Origin: an uncultured virus (IMG/VR IMGVR_UViG_2888331157_000001)
Lineage: Duplodnaviria > Heunggongvirae > Uroviricota > Caudoviricetes
IMG/VR virus record: IMGVR_UViG_2888331157_000001
Length of the DNA stretch: 64,000 nucleotides
Reading direction: 5' to 3' (one strand)
Of this stretch, positions 45,200 through 55,822 are shown piece by piece. Position numbers and translations under genes: made by a program. The notes beneath the pieces were generated by a model, which saw only the letters and a list, made by a program, of their open reading frames with translations, was not told where the DNA came from and did no database searches. Each line of letters opens with the position of its first letter. Within the stretch, counting starts at the first letter, position 1.

Positions 45200-45628
45200 A
45201 TGCGGGACATCATCTCGAATCTTCATCTCGTTGCCGCCATTCCGCCGGCAGCGACGGCTCCGGCCGACAACACCCCTATCGTCTCGACTATCCTGGATCG
45301 TATGGGCTTCGAAAGTGTTGCCCTTGCCATCGTCGCCGGCACGCTTGTCGATGCCGATGCGACCTTCGCTGTCACGCTCGAACACGGCGACCAGGCCAAC
45401 CTTTCTGACGCATCGGCGGTGCAGGCGGACATGATGAACGGCGGCCTCGTGAACGCTGGCTTCACGTTCGCGGCCGACAACGCTTGCCGCAAGCTCGGCT
45501 ATGTCGGCGCAAAACGTTACGTTCGCGCGACAATCACGCCCGCGAACAATACCGGTGCCGCGCCAGTGGCTGCGCTGTGGATGCTCTCCCATATGAACCA
45601 GGCGCCGACCGCCAATCCCCCGGCATAA
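45200..45628 (+). CDS. Virion structural protein (possible capsid decoration)
   Basis: Follows the capsid gene; DRMGFES...GYVGAKRYVR motif. Confidence 0.65.
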   Translation: MRDIISNLHLVAAIPPAATAPADNTPIVSTILDRMGFESVALAIVAGTLVDADATFAVTLEHGDQANLSDASAVQADMMNGGLVNAGFTFAADNACRKLGYVGAKRYVRATITPANNTGAAPVAALWMLSHMNQAPTANPPA

Positions 45629-45647
45629 TCCACCCTTCCGAAACCGT

Positions 45648-45676
45648 GGCCGGCGCTATCGTCGCCGGCCTTTTTC
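45648..45676 (+). terminator. Intrinsic terminator
   Basis: GGCCGGCG-CTATCGT-CGCCGGCC-TTTTT. Confidence 0.7.
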
Positions 45677-45697
45677 AATCCTGATGGAGGCCGCGCT

Positions 45698-46324
45698 ATG
45701 CGCAAGGCTGTCGTTATCAACGCGTTCCCGTTCGCCTTCGATGGCATCAACATTCAGTTTCTGACCAAAGGCAGCACTTTCCCTCCCGATGGACAGCCTG
45801 CCGTGGCGGACTCCTCGCTCGATGGTCTGGTGAAGGCCGGATATCTGGAGGAAATCGATGGCGTCGTGATGGTTCCCGAGGAAGACGCCGCCATGAACCG
45901 CGCGATCATCGTCTCGATCGACAAGCGATTGACCGACGCTTCCGATGAAGAACTCATGAGCATCGTTGCAAGGTCAGGCGCACCTTTCAGCGGCAATCTT
46001 ATACGCGCAGAACTTGTTCTGGCGGCCAAGCGTCAGGTGGTCGCGGAAGCCCAGGGTGCCTCGCCGGTACTTGGTATGAAGGATGCGTCCGACGCTGACA
46101 CGTCACAGGCACCGGTATCGGAGAAGGTCGAACCTCAGTCCGGTGGTGATGGTGTCAAGGAAAGTGGCACCGGCGAAACAGGGCCGACGAAGGTCGATAC
46201 CGATCTCGATCTCGACGGCCTCAAGAAGGACGAACTCGAAGAGATCGCCAAAGACAAGGGAATCGACATCTCCGATGCGAAGACCAAGGCCGATATCGTC
46301 GCTCTGATCAAAGCCGCCGACTGA
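45698..46324 (+). CDS. Protein with C-terminal HeH/Rho-N-like motif
   Basis: LDGLKKDELEEIAKDKGI.....TKADIVALI. Confidence 0.65.
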   Translation: MRKAVVINAFPFAFDGINIQFLTKGSTFPPDGQPAVADSSLDGLVKAGYLEEIDGVVMVPEEDAAMNRAIIVSIDKRLTDASDEELMSIVARSGAPFSGNLIRAELVLAAKRQVVAEAQGASPVLGMKDASDADTSQAPVSEKVEPQSGGDGVKESGTGETGPTKVDTDLDLDGLKKDELEEIAKDKGIDISDAKTKADIVALIKAAD

Positions 46325-46329
46325 CTGTC

Positions 46330-47004
46330 GTGTTTGCCTGGAGCGGCCCGATGCGATCGAAGTTCGAAGTTGTCGTGGCCGCCACCGGCACCCTGCTGTC
46401 CATTGCGCAGCTTCGAACTGCGGCTGGCCTGTCCGGCACCGACACTAGTCGCGACACCGAGCTTCAGGATCTCGGCAAACGTGTTGCTGCCGAGATCGCT
46501 ATCGCCTGTCGCGTTCGCGGAGATGGCGTCGCTGAACCAACGCTTCTGGCGGAGACCGTGAGAGACACGTTCCGCGAGACGGGATGCGACACCGATCTGT
46601 TCCTTTCCAGGCTGTTCGCCTCGAGCATTTCTTCCATCGTCGAAGCCGGCAACACACTCGCGGCCACCGACACATATGTCGATGGCGGCGCCGGCATTGT
46701 GCGACGCATATCGGGTACACGCGACCTCAGATGGAGGCGCGGCGAAATTGTGATCGAGTACGTCGCCGGCTTTACGACAGTACCCTCCGATTTGATCGGC
46801 ATCGCAATGGATCTTTGCCGCCTTCGCCTATCGGCCGATGCCGTTGATCCGCTCGAGCGCGCCACCACCATCACCATTCCCGACGTCGAAACCCGTCGCA
46901 TCGAGAGGTGGGTGGGTGCTGTTCCAGGTTCTTCAGCAGGTCCATTGCCAGACGACATCATGAACCGGCTTGGACGATACATCACGCCGTCGTTTGCTGC
47001 CTGA
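46330..47004 (+). CDS. Head-tail adaptor (gp6-like)
   Basis: LLSIAQLR...D.EL; IEYVAGF..VP.DL; position. Confidence 0.75.
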   Translation: MFAWSGPMRSKFEVVVAATGTLLSIAQLRTAAGLSGTDTSRDTELQDLGKRVAAEIAIACRVRGDGVAEPTLLAETVRDTFRETGCDTDLFLSRLFASSISSIVEAGNTLAATDTYVDGGAGIVRRISGTRDLRWRRGEIVIEYVAGFTTVPSDLIGIAMDLCRLRLSADAVDPLERATTITIPDVETRRIERWVGAVPGSSAGPLPDDIMNRLGRYITPSFAA

Positions 47005-47336
47005 TGCCCAATCTCACCCCTGCCCAGCAGATCGCCGACCTCGATGCCGCGCTTGCGCGCCGGGGCACGTCGATCCAGCTTCGCAAGACGAATTCTGCAA
47101 CCGGCCAGGTGACGGTTCCGGCGAAGTGGCGCGGTTATCTCCCTCAAGAGGTGATTGGCATCATCCAGGCCGGCGACACGAAGGTCATTGTTTCGCCAAC
47201 CGGGCTGGAGGCGTTTGGTATCCCTCCGCAAAACGGGTTTGCAGTTCTCGCTGGCATCCCTCGCCGCATCATCGCTCCCACGCCCATTTACGATGGCGGC
47301 GTGCTCGTCCGGATCGAACTGGCGGTTCGCGGCTGA
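47004..47336 (+). CDS. Head closure/neck protein
   Basis: Position; coupled. Confidence 0.6.
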   Translation: MPNLTPAQQIADLDAALARRGTSIQLRKTNSATGQVTVPAKWRGYLPQEVIGIIQAGDTKVIVSPTGLEAFGIPPQNGFAVLAGIPRRIIAPTPIYDGGVLVRIELAVRG

Positions 47337-48010
47337 TGGCTCGGCTCCAGTCTGTCGGCGAGCTGTTCAAGATCGCCATGCAGGAAACGCTGGGCGAGAC
47401 ACACAGGCTGCTGATCAATACGGCGAAGCGCGAGCATGCCCGCGTCATGGAAACCGATCCGCGGCCGTCGAATTTCCGTCGCATCGTGGACGGACGGTCG
47501 GGTGAAGCGGAAGAAGCGGTGAAGCCGGCCGGCATCATCGTCTACCAGTACCCGCGCATCGAACAGGTCGTTCAATTCGCGATGGAGACCCTGTTCGATC
47601 GCTCGCCTGTCGACAGCGGCGACTACCGCAACGCTCACATGATCTTCATCGAGAACTCGCCGGCGCGGAACCTCGAAGAACTGCGCCCCAGCGATCAGGT
47701 GACGATTACCAATCCTCTTCCCTACGCACGGAAGATCGAGGTCGGCGCGATGACCATGCGCGTTCCGGGCACCGATCAGGTCTATCAGCAGGCGCGTCAG
47801 ATTGTGGCCTCGCGCTGGGGCAATGTGGCGAAAATCAAGTTCACATTCCGGGCGATCATCGGCGGCCATGTGGCCATCCAGGAACGCGCTGCAGCCCGGG
47901 GCCGGTATGTAGGCCGGCCAGCAACGGGTGACTTCGAACGGCAGTTGGCGCCGGCACTGCACAACCGCGCGGACCTCCGCTTTCCGGCGCTCGTAATTTC
48001 GGAGCTTTGA
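47336..48010 (+). CDS. HK97 gp10-like neck/tail completion protein
   Basis: SPVDSGDYRNAH...N..PYARKIE.G. Confidence 0.7.
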   Translation: MARLQSVGELFKIAMQETLGETHRLLINTAKREHARVMETDPRPSNFRRIVDGRSGEAEEAVKPAGIIVYQYPRIEQVVQFAMETLFDRSPVDSGDYRNAHMIFIENSPARNLEELRPSDQVTITNPLPYARKIEVGAMTMRVPGTDQVYQQARQIVASRWGNVAKIKFTFRAIIGGHVAIQERAAARGRYVGRPATGDFERQLAPALHNRADLRFPALVISEL

Positions 48011-48011
48011 C

Positions 48012-48506
48012 GTGCCAGAAGTCGCCGCCGACGGTCCTATCCGCACCTTCTTTGAGGCCGGCTGGGGAGCTACCACGCGCGTTGCGTACGAAAACGAGCC
48101 ACCTGCCGCGCCGTGGCCGCCGGTCAACGGCGCGAGCGAGCTGGTTCCTTGGGCCTTCCTCGAAATCGTGGTCACCGGCAGCGAGCTGGCGGGAGCCACA
48201 GGGCTTAAGGGTCGTCGCCTTTGGCGCGACTATGGCCTGATCCACGTACACGTCTTCGTGCCGATCGGTAGCGGGAAGGTAGCCGCGAACAGTCTGGCAA
48301 AGGATGCCGGCGAGATTTTCCGAGCTGCTGCATTCCATGAAGGACCTGATGGCCGCGCGATCCGGACACTTGCACCCATGGTGTCCGCCGGCGGCTCGGC
48401 CGGCGATGACCAACGGCTCGGCCAGATCACCGGCACCAACAGCATTCACAGCGACTGGTTCCGGGCAACCATGACTGTCGAGTTCAATTACTTCTACCGC
48501 GGCTAG
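48012..48506 (+). CDS. Tail terminator protein
   Basis: VAYEN...G.IHVHVFVP.G.G...A....IF; directly before the tail tube gene. Confidence 0.7.
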   Translation: MPEVAADGPIRTFFEAGWGATTRVAYENEPPAAPWPPVNGASELVPWAFLEIVVTGSELAGATGLKGRRLWRDYGLIHVHVFVPIGSGKVAANSLAKDAGEIFRAAAFHEGPDGRAIRTLAPMVSAGGSAGDDQRLGQITGTNSIHSDWFRATMTVEFNYFYRG

Positions 48507-48538
48507 CCGCTCAATCCACAATCTGACGGAGAACGACG

Positions 48539-49771
48539 ATGACCGGCTACGCCGAGCAGTGGAATGCCTATGTCGCGTACAAGGCGCAGGCCGCCCGAGG
48601 CACCCAGGCATCGGGTGCTGGCGCATTGATCCTGCCGCAGGCCGGCGGCCAGGGCGGCCGCCTGACCAAAAACACGATCGCAGACCCGATTATCCGTCGT
48701 GACGCGATGCAGATTCGTGGCCGCCATGGTTCGCAGAAGACGGCCGGCACCTATAACGGTGCCGTTTCGATCGGTGCTCTCGATCCAATCTTTGCCGCGC
48801 TTATGCGCACAGCTTGGTCAAGCGCGGATCTTGCCATCACTCAGGCCGATATGACGTCGGTCACCACCACGGCGAACACCATCGTTGCGACTTCCGGTGA
48901 CTGGATCGCGCGGGGCCTCCGCGTCGGCAATGTCATCCGCGCGACCGGCCTGCCGGATGCCGCCAACAACGGCAAGAACCTACGCATCACCGGCCTGACT
49001 GGCTCCACGATCACCGTCGCGGAAACGCTTGTGGTCAATGCGGCGGCCGACACCACCTTCACGATCACGCGTCCCGGCCGGGTGCTCACCAATCCCGGCG
49101 CCGGCGCTCTGGTGAAGACCTACTTCACCGTCGAGGAACACGAGTACGATCTCGATGCTTCTGAGGTGTTCACCGACTGCGTGTTTTCGCGGCTCCGGAT
49201 CTCGATGAACCCCGATGGCGTGCTGACCACGGAACTCGGCTGGACCGGCACCGGCAAATTCGAGACGAAGTCCGGTGTCGATGCTCCGTATTTCACCGCT
49301 CCGACAGAGCCGTCCGGTCTCTCTCTCGCTGCGGTCGACGCAACACTGCGCGTCGGCACCGAAGATATCCTCGAGCTCACATCGTTCGACATAACCGTCG
49401 ATCTCCAGCCGAACGCTCCGTCGGTCACCGGTCCGAGCAAGTACGCACCGGATGTGTTCCTCGGAGTGCAGATGATCTCGATGAATCTGACCGCGCTGCG
49501 CAAGGACTTGCTCGACGTTGCGGACTTCATCGCCGAGACGCCGCTTTCTCTGCATTTCCTGGCTCAGGAGAACGAAGCTTCGCCGGCCGACTTCTTCGCA
49601 CTCACCATCCCGAACTTCACATATGGCGGCGTCGACAAGTCGGCGTTGTCGAAGCAAGGCGGCCCGCGAACGGTCACCCGCAACGTGCCGTCCGATCTGG
49701 TCGGCATCGATACGCGCGGCGGTGCGTTCCCGGCCACGCAGATTACGATGCAGGTTTCGAACGCAACCTAA
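48539..49771 (+). CDS. Major tail tube protein
   Basis: Position and size; inserted GLRVG..I...G...NNG...IT domain. Confidence 0.8.
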   Translation: MTGYAEQWNAYVAYKAQAARGTQASGAGALILPQAGGQGGRLTKNTIADPIIRRDAMQIRGRHGSQKTAGTYNGAVSIGALDPIFAALMRTAWSSADLAITQADMTSVTTTANTIVATSGDWIARGLRVGNVIRATGLPDAANNGKNLRITGLTGSTITVAETLVVNAAADTTFTITRPGRVLTNPGAGALVKTYFTVEEHEYDLDASEVFTDCVFSRLRISMNPDGVLTTELGWTGTGKFETKSGVDAPYFTAPTEPSGLSLAAVDATLRVGTEDILELTSFDITVDLQPNAPSVTGPSKYAPDVFLGVQMISMNLTALRKDLLDVADFIAETPLSLHFLAQENEASPADFFALTIPNFTYGGVDKSALSKQGGPRTVTRNVPSDLVGIDTRGGAFPATQITMQVSNAT

Positions 49772-49781
49772 GGAGAAACGG

Positions 49782-49994
49782 ATGTCCCAGAAGGAAAAGG
49801 CGGTGCGCGAGGCCGCCAGCGCATTGTCGGCCGCCATCGCCGAGGCCCGCTCGGCCGGGCTGCATGTCCAATGGCCCCACTCCCACGAGGGCCTTCTCGC
49901 CATCGCTATCAGCGAGACGAAAAAAGCCACCGAGGAGAAGGCCGACACGGCCCCGACGAAGGCCAGCGAAAAAAAGGCCGGACCGGCGGCTTAA
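49782..49994 (+). CDS. Small hypothetical protein
   Basis: AAGGAG SD. Confidence 0.55.
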   Translation: MSQKEKAVREAASALSAAIAEARSAGLHVQWPHSHEGLLAIAISETKKATEEKADTAPTKASEKKAGPAA

Positions 49995-50094
49995 CGGAAT
50001 CCCGTCCCACCGGGCAGCAACAGCGGCGCCGCTCGGCGGCCGGTGCGTGGGAGCATCGGCCGCCACCTGTCTCCCACCAGAAGGAATTGCCCCA

Positions 50095-50547
50095 ATGACT
50101 GTCAAAACTGACAGCCCTGCCATCGACATCACCAATTTTCTCCCGACGCACGATTTCCGGCTACAGATCATCGCGCCGAACGGCGTGCCCACCGGCTGGT
50201 GGTGGACGCTGGCAGCGGCATCGCACGAGAAGAACGTCGGCTTCACCGAGGCTCGTGCGGCCAAGAACCTTGAACGGGCGAAAGTTATCCGCGAAGCGCA
50301 GTTCAACGGCCAGCGGTACGAGGCCGAGGCCAAGACCCCGGAGCAGGATCGGCGCGAGGACGTTCAGTGGATCGTCGCCCGCACGCTAGACTTCACCCCC
50401 ATTAGGATCGGGGATGGGTTGTTCAACTACAGCGACAAGGCAGTCGAGGACCTGTTGATCCGTCCGGAGCTGACGTTCGCTGCCATGCAGATCATCAAGG
50501 CGCTCAACGACGACGCCCGTTTTATCAAGCGCTCCGAGGCTCCCTAA
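50095..50547 (+). CDS. Tail assembly chaperone (gpG-like)
   Basis: Between tail tube and tape measure; AAGGA SD. Confidence 0.75.
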   Translation: MTVKTDSPAIDITNFLPTHDFRLQIIAPNGVPTGWWWTLAAASHEKNVGFTEARAAKNLERAKVIREAQFNGQRYEAEAKTPEQDRREDVQWIVARTLDFTPIRIGDGLFNYSDKAVEDLLIRPELTFAAMQIIKALNDDARFIKRSEAP

Positions 50548-50912
50548 AGAGCTACGCGGAGCGCTCTTTCGCGCTTGATGCGAAGGCGCCTGACGGCGTC
50601 TCGCAACGCCAGAGGCTGGAGGGCCTTCTGGAAAGGACACGCCGCCCTGAACAGCGTGCCAGATACGAAGCTGAACTTCAGCTTCCACGAATGCCGGTCG
50701 AAGTGGCTTACGTCTGGGCGATGTTCTGGCGGCTGCGCAACAGGGTGCGCAACGTCAACACGCACCAACCGATCACCTGGGACGATATCTACAAGTACCG
50801 GGATCTTGTGATGGCTCATATCGGGCCATTCGAAATCGAGCTGATCGAACTGCTCGACGATCTTTTCCTGAAAGCACAAGCAGAAGCGAAAAACGAGGAA
50901 GGAGGCGACTGA
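50520..50912 (+). CDS. Tail assembly chaperone gpT-like frame, reached by probable -1 frameshift
   Basis: The -1 frame is open from the CGT TTT site at about 50518-50523 to the stop at 50912. Confidence 0.65.
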   Translation, partial: FYQALRGSLKSYAERSFALDAKAPDGVSQRQRLEGLLERTRRPEQRARYEAELQLPRMPVEVAYVWAMFWRLRNRVRNVNTHQPITWDDIYKYRDLVMAHIGPFEIELIELLDDLFLKAQAEAKNEEGGD

Positions 50913-50913
50913 A

Positions 50914-53900
50914 ATGAACACCGTCGTCACCGAACTCGTCATCGATGGTCGCGGAGCCGAAGTCGGCTCCGCGGCGTATGTGCGCGCCATGCAGATTGCG
51001 CAGGCGGCCGTGGATCGGCTGCGCGATCGCGAGGAAGCGCTGAAGACCGCCAGCGATGCCAACGCGGCCTCGATGATCTCCGCATCGACCTCGACCCAGC
51101 GCGCGGCCTCCGCTTTTGATCGACTGAAAGCATCCATCGACCCCGCCTTTGCAGCAGCCAAGGGCCTCGAGCGGGACATCCTGACGCTTGACCGCGCGGT
51201 TACTCGACTTGGCGTGACCGAGCAGGAAGCCGCGCGACTGATGGACATGGTTGTCCTGAAGCACGATGCGGCCGCGCAAGCCGCTAGGCGCCAGACAGAA
51301 GAGTACCTTCGCCTGGCAGCTGCCGGCAGAGAGGCACAACAGGCCGACCGCGCGCAGGGAGCCTACAACCAGAATTTGGGCGTCCGTGATCCGGCCAGCT
51401 TCGTGGGAGCGGCGCGCGCTTCCGCCGGCACCTTTTCGACGGAACTTGACCGGCTGGATGAGATCAGTCGGCAAAAGGCACAGCAGATCGGGCTCAACTT
51501 CGCGCGCGATCTTGATTCCTCGCTTGTCGCCGGCACAGGGAAGTCGGCTCGCGATGCCGCCACCGTGTTTTCCGCCGAGCTCGACCAACTGGACGAGATT
51601 GCCAGACTGCGCGCGCTTGAGGCCGGCTCCGCGTTCACCGCCGGCCTGAACGCGCGTCTCGGAATTGGTGCGAATGCTGGCTCCGCTCGCGATTCGGCCG
51701 GGGTCTTCGCACAGCAGGCCCGCGAAACTGAGGATTATGGGCGCCAGGTGGCGATGGTCCGCGCGCAGATCGATCCACTCAGCGTGGCCATCGAGCACCT
51801 GAACAATGAACTCGCGATGTACGCGACGATGATGCAGCGTGGCGATCTCACGACGCAGCAATTCGCCGCCGCCCAGCGAATGGCTCAAGCCCGCATGGAC
51901 GAGTTCCGCATGCACGCAGAAGCCGGCCGACGCAGCCAGGCTTTGGGTGGCAACATGATGTCTTCGATCAACGCCGCGCAGCAGTTGCAGGACATCGCTA
52001 TTACCTCCGCCATGGGCCAGTCGATTCCGACAATCGCCCTGCAGCAGGGAACACAATTTGGCATGGCGGCCATGATGACCGGTGGCGGTGGCAGCGCAGT
52101 TGGCCTGTTGAACTCGATCAAGTCCTCGTTCGCGACACTTGCCAACCCTATCATGCTCGGCAGCGTCGCCTTCACGGCCGTCACAGCCGCGGCGATCCAG
52201 TTTTTCTCCACAGGCCGCGAGGGCGCGAAAGACCTGACTGCTCTCCTGAAGGAGCACAATGAAGCCCTCAAGGCATCGGAAGACGGGTACAAGAAGCTCG
52301 ACAACGTCGCGCGCGGGACGGGTCGGCCATCCCAACTTGTCTCAGGCTTCCAGTCGCAGCAAGCGATCGAAGCGCTGCGCAAGGGTTTTTCGCGTGATTC
52401 GGCGCTCGGAACCCTCGATCCTCAGCTTCTGATCGCTCGCGACCTTCCTGGTCCGTTCAGCAGCGACCCGACCGCCGTCAAATATATGGTGCAGGCATCC
52501 GATGCTGCGCTCGGCCTTGAGGACGTCCTCACCAGGCTGATGAAGGGCATCGAGGCCGGGAATGCCCCGGTGGCAAAGTTCAATGACGAGCTTGCAGCCA
52601 TGGGCCAGGCTCCGGGCGCGTCCAAGGAGTTGAAGACTCGCATCGCCGAGATCCTGGAGATCACGAAGGCGCTGGGTGAAGCGCAACTGGCAATTCAGGC
52701 TTACGACCGCAACTTTGGCCCCGGTGGCTTGCTGCGCGGCGCCAGCGAGTTCAATCAGAAGGACATGCAGGCGCTGGAGCGCTTTCGCATGGAGGAGAAC
52801 AGCCGCCTCACTCAGATGCGCCGTCAATACGACGCTGATGTCGGTGGGATCGGTGCAAAATCACCGGATCAACTCGCGGCGGCCGCGCGAGCCCGGGAGA
52901 GCGCGACCTTCAACATGGATGAAACCGCATCCGTGCGGCGGCTCAGGATCGAGAATGCGGCCACACTCGAGCGGGCTCGTGCTGAACAAGACCTGAAGGA
53001 TTCGCAGGAGAGCCGTATCCGAGGCTACGAGCAGTCGCTGTCGCAGCAGCGCGAAGAAATCGCCCTGATCGGGAAGACAGCGAGCGAGACCGCCTCGCTC
53101 CAGTTCCAGACAAGCGCGCTCCAGAACTTGCGCGAGGAGGCGGCCCGCAACGGGATCACCACCGAGGAGGAATTCCTCAAGTATTTCGGCAAAGAGATCG
53201 AGCTCATCGACGAGGCCGCCGCCAAGCTGAAGGTCTATGTGGAGTTGCTGGGCAAAGCGCGTCTTCGCGACGATTTGGGTTTTGACACTCGCCAGCTTGG
53301 GCGCTCCGAACTCGACCAGTCGGTTGCCGGCAAGCTCAAGCAGTACGGCTTGTCCGAAGACCTCGACGGCCAGGATGCCGCGCTAGTTCGCTCGAACGAA
53401 CTGTTGAAGAAGCAGGTTGAGCTCTGGAAGGACATCCGCAAGAGCGGGATGGATGCCTACAGCGACATCTTCGATCTGGCTATCGACGGCTTCGACAATT
53501 GGCAGGATCGTCTCAGCGATATCGCTAAGGACATGGCGAAAAACCTGTACAACATGTCGATCAAGAACCCGTTCATCAACGAGCGGTACCCCGAGGCAAA
53601 CCTACCCACTCTGAACCAGACTGGCGGTATTGGCGGCTTCTTTTCCACCATGCTCGGATTGACGCCGAATCCTGCCGCCGGTGCGCAGAGCGTCGGCGCC
53701 ATGACGGTCAACGCAGGCTCCGTCATCGTCACAGGATCGATCGGCGCGAGCGGCGGCGACGGCCTGTTGAAACGCATTTTCTCGCCGGCAAACGGCAATG
53801 GCGGTGGCCTCAAGTCTTCCGACTTCGCGCCTATGTCACTGTCCGGGATTGGATCGCCTAGCGGCTCCGCCTACGGGACCGATCTCGCCTCGAACATTCG

Positions 53901-54879
53901 CTCGCTTGCCTCCAATATAGGAGCAAAGCCGCGCGAGCTCGCAGCGCTAATGTCCTTCGAAAGCGGCCTCCGTTCCGACGTCTGGGGTGGTGCCGGAAAG
54001 AATTACTATGGCCTGATCCAGGCTGGTGAGAGCGAACGTTCGTCATACGGGATCAATCCAGGCGGGTCGCTTGCCGACCAATTCGCCGGCATCGAGCGGT
54101 TCTTCAAGGGCCGCGGCTTCAAGCCCGGCATGTCCGGGCTCGATCTTTATTCAACGGTCAATGCCGGCAGTCCAGGTCGATACAATGCATCCGACGCCGC
54201 GAACGGCGGTACATGGGGCACTGTTGCCGACAAGTGGAACCTCCAGATGGGGCCGCATTTCGCGAAAGCGGATGCGCTGCTCGGCTCATCAAATCGCGCC
54301 GCTCAGGCGCTCGACAATCTTGCGACCAAGTCCGTCGACCTCAATGGCGGGTTTGACCTCCTTGGCAAGGGATTGATGGGGCAGAACGGGCAAGGCGGCA
54401 TATTGTCCTTCCTCGGAAGCGCCAACTTCAAACCGAACACCACCCTGTCCGCCTATCTTGGTTACGGTGGCCAGCAGCAGAGCGGAGGCGGGTTTCTGGG
54501 CGGCATTTTCGGCATCTTGGGCAAGCTATTCGGGCTGCCGGGATTTGCCGTCGGCACCGATTTTGCACCAGGCGGCCTCGCGCGCATCAATGAACGAGGC
54601 CTGGGCGAGATTGTCGACCTCCCGCGCGGGTCGCGCGTCATTCCGCACGACGTGTCGATGCGCATGGCCTCGCAACCAACGCAAGTCGTCAACACCATCC
54701 AGGTCATCAACAACGCCGGTGCCAGCATCCGCCAGGAGCAAGAGGATGATGGTCAGGGTGGGCGCCGCACGCAGCTCATCATCGAGGAGCGTGTCGGTAG
54801 CGCGATCGCGCGCAAGGGCGGCGCCGCGAACAAGGCTTTGGCCAGTATGGGCCTTGCCCGGCCGATGAAGGTGCGCTGA
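50914..54879 (+). CDS. Tape measure protein with lysozyme-like domain
   Basis: 1321 aa, Ala-rich helical; QLQDI..S..MGQ..IALQQG.Q; ALMSFESG...YYGLIQ; C-terminal FA.G...GE. Confidence 0.92.
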   Translation: MNTVVTELVIDGRGAEVGSAAYVRAMQIAQAAVDRLRDREEALKTASDANAASMISASTSTQRAASAFDRLKASIDPAFAAAKGLERDILTLDRAVTRLGVTEQEAARLMDMVVLKHDAAAQAARRQTEEYLRLAAAGREAQQADRAQGAYNQNLGVRDPASFVGAARASAGTFSTELDRLDEISRQKAQQIGLNFARDLDSSLVAGTGKSARDAATVFSAELDQLDEIARLRALEAGSAFTAGLNARLGIGANAGSARDSAGVFAQQARETEDYGRQVAMVRAQIDPLSVAIEHLNNELAMYATMMQRGDLTTQQFAAAQRMAQARMDEFRMHAEAGRRSQALGGNMMSSINAAQQLQDIAITSAMGQSIPTIALQQGTQFGMAAMMTGGGGSAVGLLNSIKSSFATLANPIMLGSVAFTAVTAAAIQFFSTGREGAKDLTALLKEHNEALKASEDGYKKLDNVARGTGRPSQLVSGFQSQQAIEALRKGFSRDSALGTLDPQLLIARDLPGPFSSDPTAVKYMVQASDAALGLEDVLTRLMKGIEAGNAPVAKFNDELAAMGQAPGASKELKTRIAEILEITKALGEAQLAIQAYDRNFGPGGLLRGASEFNQKDMQALERFRMEENSRLTQMRRQYDADVGGIGAKSPDQLAAAARARESATFNMDETASVRRLRIENAATLERARAEQDLKDSQESRIRGYEQSLSQQREEIALIGKTASETASLQFQTSALQNLREEAARNGITTEEEFLKYFGKEIELIDEAAAKLKVYVELLGKARLRDDLGFDTRQLGRSELDQSVAGKLKQYGLSEDLDGQDAALVRSNELLKKQVELWKDIRKSGMDAYSDIFDLAIDGFDNWQDRLSDIAKDMAKNLYNMSIKNPFINERYPEANLPTLNQTGGIGGFFSTMLGLTPNPAAGAQSVGAMTVNAGSVIVTGSIGASGGDGLLKRIFSPANGNGGGLKSSDFAPMSLSGIGSPSGSAYGTDLASNIRSLASNIGAKPRELAALMSFESGLRSDVWGGAGKNYYGLIQAGESERSSYGINPGGSLADQFAGIERFFKGRGFKPGMSGLDLYSTVNAGSPGRYNASDAANGGTWGTVADKWNLQMGPHFAKADALLGSSNRAAQALDNLATKSVDLNGGFDLLGKGLMGQNGQGGILSFLGSANFKPNTTLSAYLGYGGQQQSGGGFLGGIFGILGKLFGLPGFAVGTDFAPGGLARINERGLGEIVDLPRGSRVIPHDVSMRMASQPTQVVNTIQVINNAGASIRQEQEDDGQGGRRTQLIIEERVGSAIARKGGAANKALASMGLARPMKVR

Positions 54880-55298
54880 TGGCTTTACCTCTCTATCCCA
54901 GCGAACTGCCGGCGCCTTTGCGCGATACCTATCAAATCGGGTTCGGTGAGGGGCGGTTCAAATCCAAGAACGATGCTGGCCCTGGCAATGTCCGCGGCCG
55001 ATTTTCGTCCACTGTGCATTCGGTCCCGTTTTCGACCCTTCTCGACACCACGCAGGTCGGCCGCTTCCGCTACTTCTATTTTGAGGAAACGAAAGAGGGG
55101 AAATTGCCGTTCCTGATCCCCGATCATTCTGGCGACAGCTATGTGTGGTTGGACGATGATGAAACGTCGTTGCTCTACGAGGATGGAACTCCGATCCTGA
55201 TGGCGGAGACGTGGTTGGTGCTGTTCGACAGTCTGCCAACCATCAAGCCACGCGACATCTACTGGACTGTCTCTTTCACGTTGGTGGTGATGCCGTGA
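54879..55298 (+). CDS. Distal tail protein
   Basis: YPSELP; directly after tape measure. Confidence 0.7.
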   Translation: MALPLYPSELPAPLRDTYQIGFGEGRFKSKNDAGPGNVRGRFSSTVHSVPFSTLLDTTQVGRFRYFYFEETKEGKLPFLIPDHSGDSYVWLDDDETSLLYEDGTPILMAETWLVLFDSLPTIKPRDIYWTVSFTLVVMP

Positions 55299-55822
55299 GC
55301 CGAGCGATCTCGCTGAATGCCGCGCGCCAGATCGACGCATTGGCGACCGATGCTGTTGCGGTCTTCCTGGTCATCATCGAGCATATCGATCTTGAAGAGC
55401 CGCTGCGGATTTCGTCCGACAATGCTGAACGCCTTTCCACGGAACCACTGACCTACGGCACGCGATCGACCTACGGATCAATCGATGGAACCCCCAGGCC
55501 GTTCTACTTCACCGGCATGCAGGTGATCCCACCCGATGATGAGGAGGATGGCGAGCCGACGGCGACGCTCGTTTTGGACGTGCTGGATACCGACATCGTG
55601 GGGCTCCTGACATCGACCACGATCCCAGCGACGGGGCGGATTGCCATCGTCATGGCCGACACGCCCAACCTGATCGAATTCGAGACTGCCGGGCTTAGCC
55701 TGAAGGGCGCCAATGGCGATTGGGGACAAGTCGCACTGAGGTTATCGATGAAGGATCTCTACGACGAGCCATATCCGGCGACACGCATGTCGAAGGAGCG
55801 CTTCCCGGGGTTGCACCGATGA
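55295..55822 (+). CDS. Tail tip/hub protein (DUF1833-like)
   Basis: IEH.DL.EPLRI...EPYP....ERFPGL. Confidence 0.7.
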   Translation: MSRAISLNAARQIDALATDAVAVFLVIIEHIDLEEPLRISSDNAERLSTEPLTYGTRSTYGSIDGTPRPFYFTGMQVIPPDDEEDGEPTATLVLDVLDTDIVGLLTSTTIPATGRIAIVMADTPNLIEFETAGLSLKGANGDWGQVALRLSMKDLYDEPYPATRMSKERFPGLHR

